A DNA stretch of 35,063 nucleotides from a bacterium (GTDB lineage Bacteria > Hinthialibacterota > Hinthialibacteria > Hinthialibacterales > Hinthialibacteraceae): assembly GCA_963663405.2 (NCBI GenBank), contig CAXXSM010000074.1, positions 1 to 35,063 of the forward strand. The letters run 5' to 3'. The notes beneath the pieces were generated by a model. The model made no database searches. It was given only the letters and a program-made list of their open reading frames with translations, and was not told the origin of the DNA. A program made the translations under genes and the position numbers. Shown in pieces: positions 27,475-35,063 of the stretch (position 1 is its first letter; each line of letters begins with the position of its first letter).

Positions 27475-27662
27475 TAGATGAAAATGAGTTTCAGAGACTT
27501 TCTTGTTTTAGGTTTCTCCCGCAACTCATTTTCATTTGCAGATAGTGATCTCGATCATGATAGTGTAGATGAAAATGAGTTTCAGGGACTTCCTCGTTCT
27601 AGGTTTCTCCAGCAACTCATTTTCATTTGCAGGTTGTGATCACAATTATGATAATGTAGATG
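27475..27662 (+). repeat. 91-bp tandem repeat (two copies plus 6 nt), each with a long inverted repeat
   Basis: TAGATG recurs at 27475, 27566 and 27657; each unit has ATGAAAATGAGTT...AACTCATTTTCAT. Confidence 0.92.
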
Positions 27663-27730
27663 GGATTTCTATTCTATCCTGTGTATAATTTTTTGTTAAT
27701 CTTGGGGATTCAATAAAAAAGGTGCGATGA

Positions 27731-28066
27731 ATGACTATCAATCGTAAAGACGAGAATGATATTTCTATTTTCTCCTTTGAGGATGAAGAACAGCTGCTCG
27801 AACCTGATTATTTACGGGAATCGATTCATTCGGCGATTGCTGAGGGCCAGTTGAAAATTCTAATCGATTTCGAAAACATCCAATACATCAGCAGTTCCGC
27901 GCTGGGATGTTTGGTGACCGCCTACCGCGAGTTACAGCAGCACGAAGGAGTCTTGAAACTCGTGAACGTCCAACCCAACATCACGAAACTCATGGGCATC
28001 ACCCGGCTGGATCGAGTCATCGAAATGTTTAACGACATGCGAACCGCCACCGCGTCATTTGGGTAG
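27731..28066 (+). CDS. STAS-domain anti-sigma factor antagonist
   Basis: ILIDFENIQYISSSALGCLV, LKLVNV, ITRLDRVIEMF. Confidence 0.9.
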   Translation: MTINRKDENDISIFSFEDEEQLLEPDYLRESIHSAIAEGQLKILIDFENIQYISSSALGCLVTAYRELQQHEGVLKLVNVQPNITKLMGITRLDRVIEMFNDMRTATASFG

Positions 28067-28381
28067 ACTGATCCTTTTCGAATTTTCTTATGAATAAACT
28101 GGCTAAAGCCGGTTCTTCAGCAATCCCTCATAACACTCTAAATATCAAATAGATAGCCCCCACAATAAAGAAACCTCCACAATATAGTATATCCGTTTTT
28201 CTGTGCGCGTTTTTAAACGGTACGATATATTTGATTCGCAGGCAAATTCACGCCTTGCTGAATACCACACACACCATACGAATTCAAACGGCGCCCACAC
28301 CTTTCCGAATCAAAACAACCGAGACAAGCCGTGACGAACCAGATTATGAGAATCCGAAAATTCAAACAGGAGAACCATAAC

Positions 28382-30544
28382 ATGGAGAGATCGAGAAGAT
28401 TATATGGGTTGGCGGTAATGCTTTTTCTTTTCAATTGCCTCGCTTCGATATCTATTGCTGATGATAATCTGTTTAAACCGGAGATTCATTTTATCACTAA
28501 TTATTACCACTTTAATAATACACCGATTTTAGATATTGGTGATTTTGATGGTGATAGCCGCTTCGATGTACTATTCGCTTGGTGCTATCATCCTCGGGGC
28601 TCCAGTATGAGAGAAATCGTTATCAATTACTCGACTTTACCGGAACCTTTTGCCGATGTAACTGATTTCATGAGTGATATGTTCTATTACAATTATACAT
28701 TCACTGGAGACTGGAATCGCGACGGTAAAGATGATCTATTACTAGACTTGGCAATCGAGAAACTATTTTACATTTCTCCTGAATCAGGAATATGGGATGC
28801 GTCTAGTCAACCTTCTTCAACATTTTCTGGAAATGGTTGGTATTATACTTGTTCCTTCGTGAAAGGTGATTTCAATGGAGATCGCAATTTGGATGTTTTT
28901 CAATATGGAAACGCTTACAAAGGTTATGTACGAAACCTTTTTTGGGGAAATGGGGATGGCAGTTTCGATCTTCTCTCAAATCCAATTCTTGGAACCGGTG
29001 AGCCGTCAGTAGTAGACTGGAACGATGATGGATTGGATGATATCGCAATTCCACATGAAATGGCAATTCATATCTATTCTGGTAATACGATTCGATCGGC
29101 TTCTCTTACCTTGTCTTATGAGATTGAAATACCGTTCCAACCGATGACCGTACGGACATACTCCGATTCATCAAGTGGAATGATCGAATTGATCGCCTCT
29201 GGAGAGCAAAATTTACAATACATACATTTAAACAATGGAATTGTTGAGGAAAACCGTCCAATTCCAATACCTGCAACGTTTCATCCCGAACGCATCTTCA
29301 TTGATGATTTCAATACAGATGGAATTCCCGATGTTATGACATGGGACGAAGCGCGCATATCATTTTTATTTGGAGATCCGGATCAGATATTCGAAAATCG
29401 CATGGAGTACGATACACCTTATGTGGATTTAATCGAAGCGCTGAAAGTTGCGGATTTTGACACCGATGGAAAGCCAGATATCCTATTTTTTGCGCAATCC
29501 AATCCTGAAGTCGTTGTTCTCTACAACCAAATTCCCTCCTTTACATATCCGGAACCAATTCCATCCTTAACGCCGGTTCCCACGGAAAAACCAAATCCAG
29601 TTCCACTTAACATTCCACCAGACGCTATCCATGTCGGGCCGGATATCGATTTAACGCAGATGCTTCAAAGCGCCCCTAAGCAATCAGTGTGGGCGCTCGA
29701 ACCGGGTAATTATTTAATCAACCTTGTCACGCATGTGGTAAGTCTTGACGCAGTAATTCGAATTACAGAAAAAGAGATAACTCTAATTGGCGCTGATATA
29801 GAAAATCCACCGATTATTAAGGGAGCTTTATCGATCCAAAATGGTTCTATTCATCTCCAAAATATATGTATGAAACCTAACGAAGAATGCCCTCATGGTT
29901 CACTAATCCGTCTAAATAACAGTTCGGGCGTATTTATCGGCAATCACTTTGCCTCGACTCATGAGCGTGAACGAAAAAACTATTGGGAATCGTGGCCTAC
30001 AGCCGATGATACTATCACAATACAGAATTGTGAGAACCAACAATTTCTATGGATAAATAATATAATTATGGGCGCAATGACATATTATCCTTTTGATGTC
30101 TCAAGTCTATCGATTCAAGATTGTACTAATATTAATGTGCAATTTTCGAATAACCATCCAAAAGGTCATCCTGGAACTCGATATGACACGGGCGGCTCCA
30201 GCGTAACAATCTCCAATAGTTCACAAGTCAAAATCCACCTCAATCCCGACACCTTCACAGGGGGAATCAGCGAAGGAATCGGACTCGATGTCACGAATTC
30301 AACCGTCTCCATCTATGGAGGAAGCCTCATCGGTGGAGATGGATTTACAGCGATCCAAGGAACAGATGGAGGCGTGGGAGTTTCAGCGGTCGAATCATCA
30401 ATTATCCACTTATACGACTTAACAGTCCAAGGCGGGAAAGGAGGCGATGGAGTCATCCCCGGCGCCGATGGCGCGCCGTATTATGCGGATGAGACATCGC
30501 AGATCCTATTCCTCTCCTCCGCAAACGATTGGTGGCTGTATTAA
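28382..30544 (+). CDS. Exported protein: FG-GAP/VCBS repeats, Pro/Thr linker, right-handed beta-helix-like domain
   Basis: AGGAGA RBS and ATG 28382; signal peptide; repeated D(F/W)(D/N)xDGxxD motifs; linker PIPSLTPVPT; Asn-rich repeats; Gly-rich tail; ends SSANDWWLY. Confidence 0.82.
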   Translation: MERSRRLYGLAVMLFLFNCLASISIADDNLFKPEIHFITNYYHFNNTPILDIGDFDGDSRFDVLFAWCYHPRGSSMREIVINYSTLPEPFADVTDFMSDMFYYNYTFTGDWNRDGKDDLLLDLAIEKLFYISPESGIWDASSQPSSTFSGNGWYYTCSFVKGDFNGDRNLDVFQYGNAYKGYVRNLFWGNGDGSFDLLSNPILGTGEPSVVDWNDDGLDDIAIPHEMAIHIYSGNTIRSASLTLSYEIEIPFQPMTVRTYSDSSSGMIELIASGEQNLQYIHLNNGIVEENRPIPIPATFHPERIFIDDFNTDGIPDVMTWDEARISFLFGDPDQIFENRMEYDTPYVDLIEALKVADFDTDGKPDILFFAQSNPEVVVLYNQIPSFTYPEPIPSLTPVPTEKPNPVPLNIPPDAIHVGPDIDLTQMLQSAPKQSVWALEPGNYLINLVTHVVSLDAVIRITEKEITLIGADIENPPIIKGALSIQNGSIHLQNICMKPNEECPHGSLIRLNNSSGVFIGNHFASTHERERKNYWESWPTADDTITIQNCENQQFLWINNIIMGAMTYYPFDVSSLSIQDCTNINVQFSNNHPKGHPGTRYDTGGSSVTISNSSQVKIHLNPDTFTGGISEGIGLDVTNSTVSIYGGSLIGGDGFTAIQGTDGGVGVSAVESSIIHLYDLTVQGGKGGDGVIPGADGAPYYADETSQILFLSSANDWWLY

Positions 30545-30592
30545 CAAAACTAAGATCTGCATAGTGTTGAAAACAGATTGGAGGTATATACA

Positions 30593-32797
30593 ATGTCAAG
30601 TTTGAAAAGATTGTGTTGGGTGACCTTCCTATTCAGTAGTATAACTTCAGCAATGGCGATCGAATCGGAACTCTTTAAACACGATGTACTGTTCGTCACT
30701 CCTCATTCCAGTTCCAGTTATCCCTCATTTTTGGAAATTGGTGATTATGATGGTGACAGCCATTTAGATGTTCTGTACGTCTGGAGTTATTTTACTCGTG
30801 GAATTTCAAGTGAAGGCGCCGTTCTTATCTATCCATCCTTGTCAGAAACCGTCTACGACGTTCGAAAATATTTCTATAAAAGGTTTGCGGATTGGCCCAC
30901 GTTTATTGAAATATTCACTGGGGATTGGAATGGGGATGGGAAAGATGATTTTCTACGAATAACCCATGAAGATTGTGATTTCTATATTTCCAGTGATGTG
31001 GGAATCGTGGAAAGTTCTGATTATCATGCGAATTCAGAACTCACCGGTGACGGCGCCAGTGTATTCGTCACGGGTGATTTTAATGGCGACCACAACGTAG
31101 ATGTATTTATTTATCGAAAAGGATCAGAAGAGAAACGCGCTCAAAATCTGTTTTGGGGAAATGGGGATGGCAGTTTCGATCTTCTCACCCATCCAACTGA
31201 AGGAGCAGGATCGCCGGCTGTGATCGATTGGAACGGCGATCATTTAGATGACATTGCCATTCCTCACGAACAATCAATTCGAATCTACTCCGGCAATACA
31301 ATACAGTCAGCCTCGTTTCCCTTATCTTATGTGATCGATCTCCCGTTCAGTCCATCAAATGTATGTTCTTGGTCTGATTCATCAAACGGTGATGTAGAAT
31401 TGTTCGCCGCGAATGACGGATATTTACAATACCTGCGGCTGCATAACAGCACCGTTATAGATAACCATTCGATTTCCGTATCCACCGCATTCAAACCCGG
31501 AAGCATCCTTGTCGACGATTTCAATACCGATGGAATTCCAGATGTGTTTACACGGGAAAACACGCGATTATCGTTCTTGTTTGGGGATCAGGATCGAATG
31601 TACATAAATCGTATGGAGTATGATATTACGTACATGGACAACATTACAACACTCAAAGTTGCGGATATGAATAACGATGGAAAACCGGATATTCTATTCA
31701 AGTCTGATTTTTTATTCTTTTTCGATGTAAATCAATTTCAAACACAATACATGTACTACAATCCAGAGGTCGTCGTTCTCTACAATCAAATCCCATCCTT
31801 TACATATCCTGCTACAATAGTCCCTACAATAAAACCAACTCCAACAATCAGGCCCACACCGGTTCCCCTTCCAATCGAGATCCCGCCCGGCGCCATTACT
31901 ATTGGGCCAGAAATCGACTTGAATCAAACGCTTCAAAGCGCTCCAGAGTATTCAACATGGATACTAGAACCGGGAAATTATAGCATAAAACAGGCTACGC
32001 ATATAACAAATCCCCAAGCGATAATCCAAATAACAGGTAAGAAATTAACTTTAATTGGGAAAGATATTGACAATCCACCATTAATTACAGGGAATTTTTG
32101 GATTCAAAACTCTACCATTTATATGCAAAATATAAGAATGGATCCATATAAAGTCTGGCCAGAATCTCCACTTATATACTTAAATAATAGTTCAGGCGTT
32201 TTCATTGACAATCAATTCACTTCACCCTACCAGCGTAGAAGATACGCATATTATCAAATGATACCTTCAACCAATCAGTCGATTAGGATAACAAATTGTA
32301 AAAATCAACATGTATCATTTATCAATAATACCATTCAAAGCGATGGGATTCCCTACATTCTATCAATCAGCGATTCATCCAACATTACTATGCAGTTCTC
32401 TAATAACTACCTAGCCGGGCGCGCAGGAGTCCGATATGGCACGGGGGGAACACCCATAAAGATTACGGACAGTTCTCGAGTAAAAATCCATCTTGATTCA
32501 GATACATTCCAAGGAGGCGCCAGCCGGGGAAATGGATTGTACGTCTCAAATTCTTCTGTATTCGTTCAAGGTGGTACCCTAATCGGTGGAGATGGAAATT
32601 TAGCGATCCAAGGAACAAACGGAGGCGTGGGAGTTTCAGCGGTCGAATCATCAGTTGTCCACTTATACGACGTAACAATCCAAGGCGGGAAAGGGGGTGA
32701 TGGAGTCATTCCCGGCGCCGATGGCGCGCCGTATTATGCGGATGAGACATCACAGGTCCTGTTTCTCTCGACGGTGAATGAGTGGCGGGAGTATTAA
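30593..32797 (+). CDS. Exported protein: FG-GAP/VCBS repeats, Pro/Thr linker, beta-helix-like domain (paralog)
   Basis: GGAGG RBS and ATG 30593; collinear with the upstream gene; linker PTIKPTPTIRPTP; ends STVNEWREY. Confidence 0.82.
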   Translation: MSSLKRLCWVTFLFSSITSAMAIESELFKHDVLFVTPHSSSSYPSFLEIGDYDGDSHLDVLYVWSYFTRGISSEGAVLIYPSLSETVYDVRKYFYKRFADWPTFIEIFTGDWNGDGKDDFLRITHEDCDFYISSDVGIVESSDYHANSELTGDGASVFVTGDFNGDHNVDVFIYRKGSEEKRAQNLFWGNGDGSFDLLTHPTEGAGSPAVIDWNGDHLDDIAIPHEQSIRIYSGNTIQSASFPLSYVIDLPFSPSNVCSWSDSSNGDVELFAANDGYLQYLRLHNSTVIDNHSISVSTAFKPGSILVDDFNTDGIPDVFTRENTRLSFLFGDQDRMYINRMEYDITYMDNITTLKVADMNNDGKPDILFKSDFLFFFDVNQFQTQYMYYNPEVVVLYNQIPSFTYPATIVPTIKPTPTIRPTPVPLPIEIPPGAITIGPEIDLNQTLQSAPEYSTWILEPGNYSIKQATHITNPQAIIQITGKKLTLIGKDIDNPPLITGNFWIQNSTIYMQNIRMDPYKVWPESPLIYLNNSSGVFIDNQFTSPYQRRRYAYYQMIPSTNQSIRITNCKNQHVSFINNTIQSDGIPYILSISDSSNITMQFSNNYLAGRAGVRYGTGGTPIKITDSSRVKIHLDSDTFQGGASRGNGLYVSNSSVFVQGGTLIGGDGNLAIQGTNGGVGVSAVESSVVHLYDVTIQGGKGGDGVIPGADGAPYYADETSQVLFLSTVNEWREY

Positions 32798-32828
32798 AAA
32801 AACGCCCGTGTGTTTTGCACGGGCGTTT
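32796..32828 (-). terminator. Rho-independent terminator between convergent genes (probably bidirectional)
   Basis: AAACGCCCGTG-TGTTTTG-CACGGGCGTTT with A7 on the left (U-tract on the minus strand). Confidence 0.82.
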
Positions 32829-32856
32829 CGTGGAATTCAATGTGAATCGATTTGGA

Positions 32857-34335
32857 TTAATTGAGGAAGTCACGGATTTCGCGGCTTCGGAGCGGATGCC
32901 GCAGTTTACGGATCGCCCGCTGCTCAATTTGACGCACACGCTCACGCGTGATCCCAAACCGCTTACCGATGTCTCCCAGCTTCCAGATCTTTCCATCGCC
33001 GAGACCGTACCGCAGACGCAGGATGGTCTCTTCCCGCTCGGACAGCTGACCCAGAATCTGTTCGATCCGCTGACTCAAAACCCGGTCGCTCAACTGTGTG
33101 TCCGCGGAGACCGTCTGGGAATCTTTGATCAGTTCCCCGATCGTGGTTTCCCGGTCGTCCCGCAGAGGGGTTTCCAGAGAAAGCGGATCTTGCTGCCATC
33201 CGATCAGATCCATCACGCGGCTCTCTTCAATTTCCAAGTGTTCGGCGACCTCCTGAATGGAGGGATCGCGTCCCAACCGCTGGATCAATTCGATATTTGC
33301 TCGTTCAATCATTGCGATCTGGTCCGTGACGCCGGTGGGGAGGCGGATGGTCTTGCGCTGTTGTTTCATCGCGCGGGAGATGCTCTGCCGAATCCACCAG
33401 ACGGCGTACGTGCTGAATTTTGTTCCCCGCTGGCAGTCGAATTTATCCACTGCGCGGGTTAAACCGAGATTCCCTTCCTGAATCAAGTCCAGCATCGGGA
33501 TTCCTGCGTTTTTATACCGTTTCGCGACCGAAACCACTAGACGAAGGTTGCCGCGAATCATGTCCTGCCGCGCTTCGCGGATCAGGTTCAGTCCATTTTT
33601 CACAAACTGATAGACCTCATCCATCCGGCGGGGGGAATCGCCCAATTCATCGGCCAGCGCGTTTCGGTCTTTCGAGGTTTTCTTTTCACTCATCACACGT
33701 TTGGCTCTCAAGAGAGAGTTCCCCAAAACCCAAAGCGCGTTGATATCCAAATCCATCTCGTACAGCAAACTCGACCATTTCTTGTATCGATTGACGATCT
33801 GCCGTTCGGAAAGAGTTCCGGAATCTTCTTCCCGGAATCCTTGTTTGATCTTCCGGACTTGACGTTTTAGATCCTTAATCGCCTTGACGAGTTCTGTTTT
33901 CCGCCGCACTTTGCCCGAATCCGGATTGCGGAAAGTAATATGCGGCGAACGTTCTCCGCTGGCGAGTTGCTCGATCAATCTCTCCAATTCACGGATCACG
34001 ACACGGGAACGGGAGAGGCCTTCGGTCAAATATTGACGGCCTTGATCCATTTTCCGGTAAATCCGCTGTTCGTCTTCTCTATTGAGGAGAGGATAAGCGC
34101 CGATCTCACTTAAATATTCCTTAACAGGATTCGCGATCATTCGTTCGCTCACACGGGACCGGGTTCTCGTCTTTCTCGGTGTGGATTTAGGCGCCAACTC
34201 TACAATCCCATCACCTTCAAATTCAGGTTCCTCTCCATCGATCAAAGGAGAGACGGGAGAATCGGTCATTTCTCCTGCGAACACGTCAATGACATCCTCT
34301 TTGCCCATCAATTCATTCGATTGGGATGAAATCAT
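32857..34335 (-). CDS. RNA polymerase sigma-70 factor, RpoD/RpoS-like (group 1/2)
   Basis: Region 1.2 PVKEYLSEIG..PLL; region 2 NLRLVVSVAKRY, DLIQEGNLGL, KFSTYAVWWIRQ; region 4 ITRERVRQIE..AIRKLRH. Start ATG 34335 or TTG 34341. Confidence 0.92.
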   Translation of the reverse strand: MISSQSNELMGKEDVIDVFAGEMTDSPVSPLIDGEEPEFEGDGIVELAPKSTPRKTRTRSRVSERMIANPVKEYLSEIGAYPLLNREDEQRIYRKMDQGRQYLTEGLSRSRVVIRELERLIEQLASGERSPHITFRNPDSGKVRRKTELVKAIKDLKRQVRKIKQGFREEDSGTLSERQIVNRYKKWSSLLYEMDLDINALWVLGNSLLRAKRVMSEKKTSKDRNALADELGDSPRRMDEVYQFVKNGLNLIREARQDMIRGNLRLVVSVAKRYKNAGIPMLDLIQEGNLGLTRAVDKFDCQRGTKFSTYAVWWIRQSISRAMKQQRKTIRLPTGVTDQIAMIERANIELIQRLGRDPSIQEVAEHLEIEESRVMDLIGWQQDPLSLETPLRDDRETTIGELIKDSQTVSADTQLSDRVLSQRIEQILGQLSEREETILRLRYGLGDGKIWKLGDIGKRFGITRERVRQIEQRAIRKLRHPLRSREIRDFLN

Positions 34336-35063
34336 GATCAAAACCTTTCTTTTGCATAGTCACAGTTGGCGATTACGTTTTAAAACGAAGCAAGAGGTAT
34401 ACCACTGCGAAAAATTCTTAATAATTCTTTAGTATTTCAGTCAAATATTTATTTCAATGCGTTTCTCTAGCCCATATCTTAAGAAAAGATTTGTTCCAGT
34501 ATCTCAAAATGGAAAGAATATCGTTCCATAATGGCACACTAACAAGAAATATCTGAGACAATAAGTACATCGGCTCACTCCAAGTAACCTCTAATTCAAT
34601 AAATACAAAAAAAAGGTGTAAATATTTTTTCACCTTGATTTGTAATCTATAGTAACGATTTGAAAGACAATATGTAACCGAGTGGATTACATTATAGACG
34701 AAAATACGCTCATCAGGTAACTATGTATGAATTAATATGTAAAATTCTAATTTCTGCCTGATTTTACTGATCTTACAAAGTGAAATTCAACCTATATCAC
34801 CAATTCAATATATTGACTTATAGAATCATAACATTTTCGGAGCCAAAACATTCATTGTTTTGTCACCTATTTCGTTACAAAACTGTTAGGAAATAGATTG
34901 ATAAATCCATTGGAAAAAGCAATCTGTCTCACCAAAAATGTCTCAAAAAAGATAACTATTGTATCACGAAAATGAGACAATAATAGATGAGGCAAGTATA
35001 AAAGAGATAAAAAGAATAAAAAAAGAATCGAAATTTATGTTAATAAAATTCAGATGAAAGTCA

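Noticed and set aside
27475-27662. Mini-CRISPR array
   Set aside because: The whole 91-bp unit is duplicated, so there are no unique spacers.
32782-33462. 226-aa + strand ORF
   Set aside because: Antisense shadow of the sigma factor; it crosses the terminator.

Overview
Bacterial chromosomal window in which housekeeping genes alternate with several paralog expansions. 1-8572 (minus strand): an AT-rich gene for a secreted protein with a transglutaminase/papain-like Cys-His-Asp signature heads a tandem array of at least seven signal-peptide-bearing ~320-335 aa paralogs of unknown function. The paralogs are mosaic, and five of the junctions carry the same GC-rich hairpin. 8911-19210: wzt, argH, dinB, apt, an O-antigen-ligase-family gene, a candidate CCUCC-rich sRNA, a GT-C-like membrane protein, fmt, def and a LOG-family gene. 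19185-22965: six tandem Uma2 (DUF820, PD-(D/E)XK) genes. Five sit in ~642-bp repeat units, each with its own extended -10 promoter, and differ mainly in one hypervariable ~20-codon segment. 23135-24806: eda and kdgK with +1 homopolymer frameshifts, probably sequencing errors. 25143-26400: PIN/DUF433 toxin-antitoxin-type genes bounded by degenerate attC-like sites. 26442-35063: Zn-dependent dehydrogenase, a 91-bp tandem hairpin repeat, a STAS anti-anti-sigma factor, two paralogous FG-GAP/beta-helix exported proteins ending in S-x-[AV]-N-[DE]-W-x-x-Y, and an RpoD-like sigma-70 factor. All calls come from motif recognition by eye; no database searches were run.
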